Under the pieces are notes generated by a model, which saw only the letters and a program-made list of their open reading frames with translations, did no database searches and was not told the DNA's origin. Below, piece by piece: positions 1 through 9,617 of a stretch of DNA of 64,000 nucleotides. Source of the stretch: Leptospira sp. Lineage in GTDB: Bacteria > Spirochaetota > Leptospiria > Leptospirales > Leptospiraceae. The first letter of the stretch is position 1. Every line of letters starts with the position of its first letter. The stretch is taken from NCBI GenBank assembly GCA_034439575.1, contig JAWXAQ010000008.1, positions 1 through 64,000 of the forward strand, in the 5' to 3' direction. The position numbers were made by a program, and so were the translations under genes.

Positions 1-1
1 G

Positions 2-73
2 CATCACGCTCGCGAGTTGTAGTCTCGCAGTCGAGGCAAGGTCACTTGCCTCTTGTGCTCCGACTGGCCATCC
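2..73. repeat. Dispersed palindromic (REP/MITE-like) repeat, copy 1 (may extend beyond the left window edge)
   Basis: Ungapped match of 64/72 nt to 13632-13703; internal hairpins GAGGCAAG-GTCA-CTTGCCTC (33-52), GCGAG-N7-CTCGC (12-28) and CAGTCG...CGACTG. Confidence 0.85.
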
Positions 74-118
74 CATAGATTGGATACTCTGTCGTATAAA
101 GATTGTTAAAAGAGTAAG

Positions 119-150
119 AGCCTTTGGTCGAAAGATCGGAGGCTTTTTTT
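119..150 (+). terminator. Rho-independent terminator
   Basis: AGCCTTTGGTC-GAAA-GATCGGAGGCT stem (with G-U pairs) followed by a T tract. Confidence 0.8.
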
Positions 151-186
151 GTTTTATGAGAACAAATTAACCTATTCGATCTGTAA

Positions 187-411
187 CGGCTGGCGGAATG
201 TTTACAGAACGTAAGCGAAGCCGTTGTGGCACGAATCGTTGCCGACATCGATGCCATCGTACGAGTAGTGCGCTTTCCTGGATGGCAAACGACTACAGGT
301 GGTGAACGCGAGGTCCAAAAGTCTTTACGAAAGGCACTCTTGAAATACAAGCTTCATACTGATCAGGTCCTGTTTGATCGGGCATATGCGTATATTAAGG
401 AATACTATTAG
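187..411 (+). pseudogene. hsdR: C-terminal remnant of type I restriction endonuclease R subunit
   Basis: RIVADIDAIVRVVRFPGWQ...GEREVQKSLRKALLKYKLH...LFDRAYAYIKEYY resembles the extreme C-terminus of HsdR proteins; in-frame TAA at 184-186 and a terminator just upstream, so the helicase/nuclease body is absent. Confidence 0.7.
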
Positions 412-521
412 ATGGAAGGAGAATTTACCTGCATTGTATAGAATCTGCGATAGAGATATACTTAAAAAAAGTTAGCTCTATTGCTTGAAAATAATTTAAA
501 GCTATCATGATCTTCTAGTAT

Positions 522-927
522 TTAAATTTGCTCAGATCGTAGATAGATTGTCTCGTATAACAAAGCAATGCTGGAAGGTGAAAATGATGAATATCTCAGC
601 TGCGTTGAAAAATCAGATAGATAAGATGCACTGAAGTTTAAAAGCTTTTCCTTTCGTTGTTTCTTTGATGCTCGAATGTAAGTATATCCGTATAACACTG
701 CAATGACCTCATTTACAAAGAGGCAAGGGTTTCAATTTTCTAAACCAGAAAGTTATACTACCTGAAATTTTATATTCCGATGGATCTTTTAAGTCGAGAA
801 GGTAGGTGTTGATTTTTGAAATGGATTTCTCCAGGATTGCCTGATCAACAATTATATTACGTGAATATGTGCTCTCAATTTGAGGTATTATATTTTCAAA
901 TAGTACCTCAAGACTTACCGTAATCAA
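522..927 (-). pseudogene. Frameshifted small hypothetical gene
   Basis: ORF 927-709 ends ...FWFRKLKPLPLCK*; a second frame continues without stops from ~722 to TAA at 522 (CLFVNEVIAVLYG...LRYSSFSPSSIALLYETIYLRSEQI*). Confidence 0.55.
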
Positions 928-930
928 TTA

Positions 931-1179
931 TTACTTCTCTGATCTCATTTGTTCCAGGTAATTTGAAATTGTATCTTTTTCAGATCGAAAGAGCTCTTCT
1001 GCTGACTCTTTTAGTATAGCAGTATTCGTAACGGCTCCTCCATGATTTTCGAATTTGCCAGCATTTTTTAAAAATTGCAATCCCCGCGTTAGGGATCGAC
1101 CGAGCGCCCTCGTCGAGGGATGGTATTCCCCTTTTATTTCGGAGAAAAATTTAAGAGCATCGCTTTTGGTTTTTTGCAA
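931..1179 (-). CDS. Small hypothetical protein (82 aa), probably co-transcribed with the frameshifted gene
   Basis: TTG start with GAGTGG upstream; 3-nt gap to the next ORF. Confidence 0.5.
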   Translation of the reverse strand: MQKTKSDALKFFSEIKGEYHPSTRALGRSLTRGLQFLKNAGKFENHGGAVTNTAILKESAEELFRSEKDTISNYLEQMRSEK

Positions 1180-1321
1180 TTATAAAATCCACTCTTCGAG
1201 TAGTTGAATTCTATTATTCTTTTTTTGCAGAATGAATTCGAATTCTTTTTTTCCTTTCTTAATCGGTGTAATTTCTTTCTTTACTTCTGTCATATATTTA
1301 TCTCGAGATTCATACATTGAC

Positions 1322-1666
1322 TTATTGTTGTTTGATTGAAAAAATCAAAATCGAAAGATTCATCAACATAAGGATCAATGAAGGTGTCGATTCCAAAATC
1401 CCGTCTTTTAATCTAACTCTTACACCAAAAGCAACTAACATAAGGGATGTCAAACCAAGAGAAGAGAAAATTAGTAATGGATTCCAAATTACCCCAACCA
1501 GTAATCCCATTCCTCCAAGAATCTCAAGGATACCAGTTAGTATTCGAAGCTTTTTAAATCCAAACCGTTCGAATTCAACAATCATATTTAAACTAACTAA
1601 ACAATGAATCCCATAGGCTATGAAAGAAAAACTTGATAATAAGATTAGGACCGAAAGAAACCACAT
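1322..1666 (-). CDS. DoxX-family membrane protein
   Basis: Hydrophobic helices; EFERFG...TGILEILGGMGLLVG pattern. Confidence 0.75.
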   Translation of the reverse strand: MWFLSVLILLSSFSFIAYGIHCLVSLNMIVEFERFGFKKLRILTGILEILGGMGLLVGVIWNPLLIFSSLGLTSLMLVAFGVRVRLKDGILESTPSLILMLMNLSILIFSIKQQ

Positions 1667-2014
1667 TTACCTTAAATATCCAGAACCGACACCCGCAACA
1701 AATAATGAGAGTAATAGTAATATGAAGGAAGGAACAAATTTTATGAGTGGGTTTTTTACTTTTAAGTGAAAGTATTGAGCAGCTAACATAAGTAATGCCA
1801 TTGTTAAGGCAGGAATGACGACTAGTTCAGGATGCCAAATACCAACGACAAGTAGTGTAGCCAGTGAAATTTTTGTCGCACCAACGATACTTCGAATTAG
1901 TGGAGAGATTCCATATTGTTCAAATTCTTTCACGATATTTTCGAATCTAAAAACCCATACAACAGCAATGGAAATTGCAATAAAAATTTGAGTAAAAACA
2001 CTAAGCAGGATCAT
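1667..2014 (-). CDS. DoxX-family membrane protein
   Basis: Hydrophobic helices; WVFRFENIVKEFEQYG...VGATKISLATLL; ATG 2014 preceded by GAGG; abuts the next DoxX gene. Confidence 0.75.
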   Translation of the reverse strand: MILLSVFTQIFIAISIAVVWVFRFENIVKEFEQYGISPLIRSIVGATKISLATLLVVGIWHPELVVIPALTMALLMLAAQYFHLKVKNPLIKFVPSFILLLLSLFVAGVGSGYLR

Positions 2015-2171
2015 AAATACCTCGTTTATCAATAATTCATATTAGACGACTTTTTACTTAATAATACCAATATTTGATTATGAACATATAGGAAGTTGGA
2101 AGGGTTTTTTCCAGAACCACACCCCAAAAACGCAATAGGGAAGCCCGATATTCGCTACACAATCCTCATTA

Positions 2172-2192
2172 TAGGAATCCAGTCGGCTTAAA
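2172..2192 (+). repeat. Degenerate IS200/IS605-end-like motif, copy 1
   Basis: TAGGAATCCAGTCGGCTTAAA, 20/21 identical to 7069-7089. Confidence 0.5.
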
Positions 2193-2588
2193 CGCACATC
2201 ATAACTTGCATAATTCTAAATCAAAATGAGAATGTTTCCTTGAAGCCAGCATTTGGATCATAATTTTACAATCCTCTTTTTCTAACTCTTTAAATACCTT
2301 CATTCAATCTACATTAATTCATTCGCACCTGTTTAGATGAGAATCTTACAAGGATATGTATCCGTAACGTGATTAGATCAACACAAGAAAGATATCCAGA
2401 GACCCTGAAAACGATTCTGATCCATGAGGAAATTTTTTGATGGAAATTCGTAAGGCAAGAGCAAGTCGACTCCTACTGTATCAATATTATCCACAAAATG
2501 CATTAGGGTATTTACTCAAAATTTTTCTCGTAAATAATTTGGAATAAATTCAATCTGTTCTTAACCAAGAGATCTGTAGATAATTCAA

Positions 2589-5500
2589 ATGGGTGGCATC
2601 CAAAATTATACCTTCACGAGATTGGCATTCGGAAAGAGCTTTCCCTTGGGTCATTGTGTACACGTATCTATAAGGTCCAAAGGGTCCACCAGGGCTAGAT
2701 GGAAGAACCTTTCCACTCATCTCACCTTTCTCAAAATCTTGATTTTGTTTTTGCCTTTTGTTGCTTCGGCTTGTGTCCCATCATTGGCGAGAAACCCACT
2801 AGAAATATTTAGCATTTTTCGGTATTTTTCCTCAACCTCCACACCACCGCCAACTCTCAGTTATAATGGAAGTCCTTATACCTTTACGCAAGGTCTCGCA
2901 ATTACAACGGTGAATCCTTCAGTCTCTGGAAGTATATCCAAGTGCATCTCCTCTCCGTCATTACCGAGTGGCCTAACCATTGACAATATTACCTGTGCCA
3001 TTAGTGGTACTCCCTCTGCCAACCAAACTTTAACGGAATATTCTATCACGGCATCGAATCGCACGGGAAGTGCAACGGCGAAAATAGGGATCACAATAAA
3101 TAACGAAGCACCGCAAAACTTGAGTTATGGTTCAACGAGTTATGTTTTTTCTGATGGGTTCCCTATCACCACACTCAATCCGACAGTTAGCGGAACTGTT
3201 ACATCCTGTTCCTCAAGTGGTGGATTACCAACTGGCTTAACTCTTTCCTCAACTTGCTCCCTCAGTGGTACACCTACAGTGATTCAAGTCAGTTCGCCCT
3301 ATACTATCACTGCAACAAATCTTTATGGAAGTACTTCTATTACGATAAACATACAAGTGATCGCTTCGCCAGTTGTCACTTTGAGTGTTGCTGGTCTCCA
3401 GGCATTGGATACGCTCGTAGTCACGGAAACTTTGAATTCTCCGTCGGCTCCGGTAACGATTACCGGTCCATCCGTGGCAACAGGAACAATTCCAGTTCCT
3501 TCCGGAGTTACTTATAATTTCAAAGTTGGTACATTTTCGAAATCAGCAGGAAACACAGATAAGGTTTGTTCCATTCAAGAAATGCAATATGGATCAACAA
3601 CAATTCCCATTACGTTAAATATCAATTGTGTCAATGGTGTTGAAAATGGTAAGGGAGTAAGTCAGTCCCCGCTTGCAAAATTCGACTATCGTTTATACCA
3701 AGGCAATGTTTCTTTAGCAAAAACAGCTAACACTCTCTCAATTCCTGGTTTGGCAATTTTTAATGGGAATTTGTATTATTTCGATAAATCTACAAATACT
3801 GGTTATGTGTTCTCAACATCGACAATGATAGAAAGTGTTTTGTTTTTGGGAACTGCTGTTACACCGAATGCGACGGATCTTCGACACCCTGTCACAGATG
3901 GCACAAATTTATATTTTTCTGATTGGCCAAATAGTCGTATTTTAAAATTTGCATTGAACGGAACCTATATTGGCTCCTTTCCCGTGGGAGTTGTTGGAGC
4001 ATCGGGACTTGCACTTGATCAAGCGAATCAGATTCTTTATATCACTATTCGCAATTCAACGATAATCAAAAGACTTAATTTATCAAATGGTAGCTTTCTT
4101 TCTGATATAACGGGCATTAATGATGCTGAGGATATTACTTTATTAAATGGTGATCTCTATGTAGCCAATCATGGCGGAAATAATATTCTGAAAATCACTA
4201 CTCCTAGTGCAACACCTGGTGTAAGTGTATATGCTGGTACGGGCACTATGGGATTCTCGGATGGAAGTCTTTTAGGTCAATCTCAATTTGATAAACCTCA
4301 TGCAATTACACATGATGGCACTGATTTATATGTTGCTGAATTTGGAAATAATCGTGTCAGAAGATTAGACACCAAGCGAGGAATTGTAACAACCATTGCT
4401 GGTGATGGTGCAAATTCTGGATCCATGTTAGTGGGTGCAAAAGCTAGTTTCTCGGGGAGTCTTACTGGTATCATATCCAATGGTAACAATTTTTATTTAT
4501 CGGATAGCCAAGCATCTTTGTATAAATTAGGAGACAATGGAATCGTTGGATATTGGTCATTGTTAGCCGATACATTGGATCGTAATAGTGGAGGTTCCGC
4601 AATCAATAATGGGACATGGATTGGAACCGCGACATATCCCGCTAATTCAGGAAGAAACAGCACAGATTCTTCTGCCTCTTTCGATGGCACTACACAATAC
4701 ATTTCAGGAACTGATACGGGACTGCCTTCTGGAACTTCCGCTCGGACTATGTGTTCTTGGTTCAAAACTAGTTCCTCCGCAGGAGGTATTATCCTAAGTT
4801 ATGGGACACCAATGGCGGGCCAAGCTAGTAGTCTAGCAGTCGTAACAGGTACCATTGGCTTTTCAGGATGGGGAGGTGGTGTTAATGCTGCTCTTGTAAA
4901 TTTTAAATATGATACGGGACTCTGGACTCATCTCTGTAGCACTTATAACGGTTCTTTGGCTAAAATTTATGTGAATGGTCATCTACTTCTTGAGAAAAAT
5001 GTAACAATCAGTACCGTATTGGGAACCTTGAGGATAGGATCACAAATTGATAATAATTCTAGATTTACAGGTTATATCGCAGATGTTAGAATCTATAATC
5101 GTGTGTTAAATGAAGGTGAGATAAATGAATTGGCTCAGGATGCTGTATCGACTAACGTAGGACAGAGTTTTAATACTGGGGGGACAGGGTTACTCAGCCA
5201 ATATAGTTTTAATGCAGTTTCGAATAATGGAATTGGACAGGATTCTGGACCACTTGCAATCGTAACAAACAATGTAAACGGAAATCTTGCAGCATCCGGT
5301 AAGGATGGTGATGCATCTGGATCGTTTAGATTCAATGGATCGACACAGTATTTGACGGCTGCCTCCCTTTCGGGGCTACCTACGACGGCAAGTCCTAGAA
5401 CACTTTGTGCTTGGGTCAATCCTGACAATCTACCAAGTACGTCTGGATTATTTCTCGTAGCCAACTTTGGAGCGGCAGCTAGCAGTCGAAGTTTTGGTTT

Positions 5501-6929
5501 GTTCCTGGACAATCCATCAGGCACTCAGCGAGTTGGACTCACAGGTAGCAATGATGATGTTATAGTCAATCATACGCTTCCTATCAACACATGGTCTCAG
5601 TTATGTGGAACTTATGATGGCACAACCGCTAAACTCTATGTAGGTGGAGTGATGATTGGTTCTTCAACTAAAACTTATGACACAGGGAATTCTTTTTTCC
5701 AAATCGGAGCACAGATTGGACCAGGTCAATATTTTAAAGGTAAAATTGACGAAGTAAGTGTTTATAACTCTGCGCTGAGTTCTGGACAAATACGGCAACT
5801 TGCCACAGAAGTACCCGCAGGTCTTGTTGCGAAGTATGACTTTAATGGAGATGCTAACGACCAAAGTGGTTGGGGAAATGATCTTTCAAATACAGGTGCG
5901 ATTTACAATGCGACAGGTGGTAGATTCGGTACTTATGACGGAGCATACTCCTTTTCAAATGCGAGATTGAATACCACGAGTAATCTTGGATTTCCTACAG
6001 GTAATTCTGCTAGAACTATTTGTGCGTGGTTTAAAGCATCTGGCACGTATGCTGCATTCAACGGAGTTGTTAATGTTGCTGGTTCCGATACTTTTGGTAT
6101 CAACGTCTCCAATGAAACTTCAGCAAATCTTTATCTGTCGCTTGGAGGTTATTCCTCAGTATCGAGTTTTTCGCAAACCAGTATATGGAATTTTGCCTGT
6201 TCTGTAGATCATGGGAACAATACGCAAAGTTTTTACTACAACGGCTCCTATATAAACGGAGCAACGCAGACACTTAACACAACAAATCCTGTACTTTATA
6301 TCGGAAATCTCGGAGCCGCATCAAATTATAATCCTTTTGACGGAATCATCGATGAGGTGAGACTGTATAATCGACCGTTAGTCGCCTCTGAAATACAGGC
6401 ATTGGTACAGCAACCGAATAAGAAAATAGTTGAGACTACTAATACTTTCGACGGAACGATGACAAGGTCCTCAGGATTAGTTGCTGGAACTGGAGCCAAT
6501 GGAATCGCTAAGGCAGATAACTGGTGTCAGGCTGAGTTTGGATCGACATACAAATCCATGATCGTGGACGGAACTCCGAATCGACGTGCTTGTACGACTG
6601 CCTTTTGCAGTACAGGCGTTGTTGAAAATTATAATTGGGTCTTGCGACCAAATATCACTTATCTTCGTGCAGATGGGATTACACCCGTAATGACAGTAGG
6701 CTGGAATGGAGTCTTTACAACATTGTCAAATGGCATAGGAACGGCAGGCGAGGTCTGGACAGGATTAGATTCTACTTGGACCACATTGGGAACATGTACA
6801 AATTGGACGAGTAACTCTGCTGGATTATCAGCGCCTGTCGGTGATTCGGCGGGTGGTTCCAATTTCCTACATCGATATTTGCAAACGTGCGATCGATTGA
6901 CTGTTAATTTGTATTGCGTAGAGCAGTAG
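2589..6929 (+). CDS. Large surface (lipo)protein: 2 putative Ig (He_PIG-like) repeats, NHL-like beta-propeller, 3 LamG/pentraxin-like domains, C-terminal DUF1554 (Len/endostatin-like) domain
   Basis: LPSGLTID...ISGTP repeats; FDKPHAITHDGTDLYVAEFGNNRVR (NHL); three RTxCxW...F.G.I.(D/E)V..YN..L...I..L blocks; GIAKADNWC...YKSMIVDG...NWVLRPNITY...LYCVEQ; true start uncertain (lipobox-like FVASAC near aa 60). Confidence 0.85.
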   Translation: MGGIQNYTFTRLAFGKSFPLGHCVHVSIRSKGSTRARWKNLSTHLTFLKILILFLPFVASACVPSLARNPLEIFSIFRYFSSTSTPPPTLSYNGSPYTFTQGLAITTVNPSVSGSISKCISSPSLPSGLTIDNITCAISGTPSANQTLTEYSITASNRTGSATAKIGITINNEAPQNLSYGSTSYVFSDGFPITTLNPTVSGTVTSCSSSGGLPTGLTLSSTCSLSGTPTVIQVSSPYTITATNLYGSTSITINIQVIASPVVTLSVAGLQALDTLVVTETLNSPSAPVTITGPSVATGTIPVPSGVTYNFKVGTFSKSAGNTDKVCSIQEMQYGSTTIPITLNINCVNGVENGKGVSQSPLAKFDYRLYQGNVSLAKTANTLSIPGLAIFNGNLYYFDKSTNTGYVFSTSTMIESVLFLGTAVTPNATDLRHPVTDGTNLYFSDWPNSRILKFALNGTYIGSFPVGVVGASGLALDQANQILYITIRNSTIIKRLNLSNGSFLSDITGINDAEDITLLNGDLYVANHGGNNILKITTPSATPGVSVYAGTGTMGFSDGSLLGQSQFDKPHAITHDGTDLYVAEFGNNRVRRLDTKRGIVTTIAGDGANSGSMLVGAKASFSGSLTGIISNGNNFYLSDSQASLYKLGDNGIVGYWSLLADTLDRNSGGSAINNGTWIGTATYPANSGRNSTDSSASFDGTTQYISGTDTGLPSGTSARTMCSWFKTSSSAGGIILSYGTPMAGQASSLAVVTGTIGFSGWGGGVNAALVNFKYDTGLWTHLCSTYNGSLAKIYVNGHLLLEKNVTISTVLGTLRIGSQIDNNSRFTGYIADVRIYNRVLNEGEINELAQDAVSTNVGQSFNTGGTGLLSQYSFNAVSNNGIGQDSGPLAIVTNNVNGNLAASGKDGDASGSFRFNGSTQYLTAASLSGLPTTASPRTLCAWVNPDNLPSTSGLFLVANFGAAASSRSFGLFLDNPSGTQRVGLTGSNDDVIVNHTLPINTWSQLCGTYDGTTAKLYVGGVMIGSSTKTYDTGNSFFQIGAQIGPGQYFKGKIDEVSVYNSALSSGQIRQLATEVPAGLVAKYDFNGDANDQSGWGNDLSNTGAIYNATGGRFGTYDGAYSFSNARLNTTSNLGFPTGNSARTICAWFKASGTYAAFNGVVNVAGSDTFGINVSNETSANLYLSLGGYSSVSSFSQTSIWNFACSVDHGNNTQSFYYNGSYINGATQTLNTTNPVLYIGNLGAASNYNPFDGIIDEVRLYNRPLVASEIQALVQQPNKKIVETTNTFDGTMTRSSGLVAGTGANGIAKADNWCQAEFGSTYKSMIVDGTPNRRACTTAFCSTGVVENYNWVLRPNITYLRADGITPVMTVGWNGVFTTLSNGIGTAGEVWTGLDSTWTTLGTCTNWTSNSAGLSAPVGDSAGGSNFLHRYLQTCDRLTVNLYCVEQ

Positions 6930-7068
6930 AATTTATCTACTTTCGATTTCCATATTTACCACATAGTACTTTGGTGAGGGTTTTTCCAATAACCAGTCCC
7001 CAAATCCAGAACGGATGTTACGTCTGCGCGACAGATTGCTCAATACTTACGGCGAGCCCGTCGAACCG

Positions 7069-7095
7069 TAGGAATCCAGACGGCTTAAAGGCGAC
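7069..7095 (+). repeat. Degenerate IS200/IS605-end-like motif, copy 2
   Basis: TAGGAATCCAGACGGCTTAAAGGCGAC(T); partial hairpin AG.CG.C-TTAAA-GGCGACT. Confidence 0.5.
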
Positions 7096-7606
7096 TATAT
7101 TTAAGCAAGCCAGTGAATTCTGGCTTTTTTGGGAGCTCTCGTTGGAAAGAATTGATGGTTTTTGGTAAAAATAGCCATCGATCAAATTGTATTTCTTTTT
7201 CAACTCCTTATCTTTGTTTGGTGCCAGGAAGGTATCGATGACATCGGAATTCGCGATTCGAGTTTTAATCTCTTTGCAGGTCTCACGTAAATGCCATAGT
7301 CACTAGATTTTACGAAACACGAATCAAATGGGGAACGCCCAGTTCCAACCGAACAAGGTAATAAAACAGATTTTTTCCATTAGGTGCATCATAAAATCTA
7401 TTGAATTGATGTGTAAGAGTACTGAAGTTTCCCTGCCAAGAAAAACATTTCCAATCATTAAGTTAGAACAAAACATTTGTTAACTGATTCTTTTTGGAAA
7501 AAATTCTCGGATCGACGAATTTCACTATAGATACCATGATCTTAAAGAATCAGTCTAAGAAAAATACCGATCGAGGTAAATTTGAGCCAATGGAACATTG
7601 CGAGGT

Positions 7607-8341
7607 ATGAACAAGTTTGGAAATCTGACAATTTTGATTCTTTTCTTCTCTGCGATCACTGGATTGTTTGGCGAGGCAGTGAACGATAATGGCATAAGAT
7701 CTTTACTTCGAACAGAAAGGGAACAATCGCATTATAATTTAGAGTCTCACCTGAACACTAAGGTTTACATATGGCTCTCCAAGATGGATTGGTATGTCCG
7801 AGAAAGAGATCCTAAACATAACGAGGAGCTTTATGATTTTTGCAAAGATATTTTTGCAGACAGGTTCTATTATGGGATGGTCGGGGCGCAAGGTCACGGT
7901 GCCGAAATGATGAACGATTTGTGGAAATCAAGAGAGTATGAACTGCGAGAGTGGGTCTGGTCACAAGGAATTGAAGAAATGCAAAGAGTCGTTAAGCATG
8001 GGGCGTTTGTTGCTGCACCTAGACCGCATTATATGGAAGTGATTGAACCTGGAAAGATTGTTAAACTAAGAGGTTTTCATGATCATATATTCTGGGGCGA
8101 TTTTGCATTTTTTTTAGGTAGCTCAACTCATGTTGCCTGGGAGGAAATTACATTTGAAAATTTCAAAGGCCGTTGGCTTATCACGCATTATAATGAAATC
8201 GTATATGACAGCACACCGATTTTAATTCACAGAGGAAATTTGTTCATTGTTATATTATTAGTAAGCTTGGTATTCATCGCTGTTTTACTTTCTTTCTTGA
8301 ATTTCTGGAAGTTTAAGAAACTACAGCGATCGCACCCATAA
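7607..8341 (+). CDS. Exported, C-terminally membrane-anchored hypothetical protein (possible NTF2/SnoaL-like fold)
   Basis: ATG 7607 after GAGG; N-terminal signal peptide; C-terminal TM helix; ...EEITFENFKGRWLITHYNE final-strand pattern. Confidence 0.65.
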   Translation: MNKFGNLTILILFFSAITGLFGEAVNDNGIRSLLRTEREQSHYNLESHLNTKVYIWLSKMDWYVRERDPKHNEELYDFCKDIFADRFYYGMVGAQGHGAEMMNDLWKSREYELREWVWSQGIEEMQRVVKHGAFVAAPRPHYMEVIEPGKIVKLRGFHDHIFWGDFAFFLGSSTHVAWEEITFENFKGRWLITHYNEIVYDSTPILIHRGNLFIVILLVSLVFIAVLLSFLNFWKFKKLQRSHP

Positions 8342-8520
8342 AATGATTCCTTTTAGAAAGAACCATTCGGTATATTAGTCTGTGTATTGTATATCAATGA
8401 TATACTTCGCTTGGTCCTTTTACGCAATTTCTATTTTCCTAATATGATAATACTACGATAGAAACCATTCTTTCGCCAAACTTTCAAAAACAGTTTCGCC
8501 CTACGAAATCATCGTATGCG

Positions 8521-9570
8521 AATTTTGGACTTTCTAACAAAGAGCTTTGTTTGAAAGTGGAAGTAAAGCTAGAACAAGATCGAGAGATGATTTTTGAAGT
8601 AGCTCTCCACTTTTAAATAAAATTAAATACTTTCAGGTTTGCGATGGAAGATTAAGACGGTATTTTCTTTCTGAATTAAAGCATCGAAATTCCGAATGAC
8701 CTGCCCATCCAAACTATCATTTTTTTGTAACTCCTGAATCAAAGCTTTGAAATTTTACGCAATTTTTACTTCTATTTTTGCTCTTTTATTTGCGAACCAA
8801 TTTTTACAGCTAAAGAGTATTGGGCTTAAATTATCAAAGGTTTATTGCTAGTAAATTTATTTGCAGGAATTGCGATTTCTTCCATCATCTTAACCATTGT
8901 TATGAGTTTACGATCTGGATACAAACCAGCCATATTTTTTGCCATTGCTTGGGTTAGTTTATTAACAACTATTAGCATATTTGTTGCTGAAAATCTAACG
9001 GTGATTGATGGAAATGTCTATACACACTTTTGTCAAGTAGTGGGTGCGAGTTTAGAAGCAGTTCTATTTACAGACATACGAGACTTTACCGCCTTATCAG
9101 AGAAAGTCGGAACTGAAGCAACCTTTGTTTTTTTGAATAAGTATTTAGAGATAATGGAACCTATCATCATGTCCCACTGCGGATTCATAGATAAATTTAT
9201 TGGCGACGCCATCATGGCATTATTTTCGGATCCAGAGAGCGCAGTTTTAGCCGCCATGGAAATGGCAAATAGCACTCAGAATTTACCTCTTGAGGATGGT
9301 TCTGTTTTACAAACAGGATTTGGCATCCACTATGGGGAATTGATTCTAGGTACAGTCGGATCAGAAAATCGTCTTGATACGACTGTTATTGGTGATACCG
9401 TTAATTTAGCGAGTCGAATTGAATCCTTGTCCAAGGAATGTGCAGCTCGGATTCTTGTTTCATCTGAAAGGATTTTAAGTTATGTACGAATATGCGAATA
9501 TTCGTTTTATCGAAAATTCAATACTTACTACACAATTGCAAGCTGCCAACAAATTCGATTTTTCAAATAG
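8521..9570 (+). pseudogene. Decayed 7TM-DISM class III adenylate cyclase
   Basis: Fragments NFGLSNKELCLKV (DISMED2-like) and ALLFANQFLQLK upstream; ORF 8845-9570 has 7TM-DISM helices fused directly to VLFTDIRDFT...IDKFIGDAIM...TVIGDTVNLASRIE; C-terminal VKGK strand missing. Confidence 0.8.
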
Positions 9571-9617
9571 AATAAAATTTTTACTCGAAATCCCTCTCAG
9601 TTGATAAGCGTTAGCTG

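Noticed and set aside
42-350. 102-aa - strand ORF
   Set aside because: Overlaps the hsdR remnant, terminator and repeat on the opposite strand; likely spurious
720-728. GAGGCAAGG at the frameshift junction equals part of the 72-nt repeat hairpin
   Set aside because: Only 9 nt; compatible with chance
1317-1607. 96-aa + strand ORF
   Set aside because: Antisense to the DoxX gene
6914-7300. Short ORFs on both strands after the large surface protein gene
   Set aside because: They run through repeat remnants; the minus-strand open frame (~7300-7018) may be a gene fragment, but I cannot assign it
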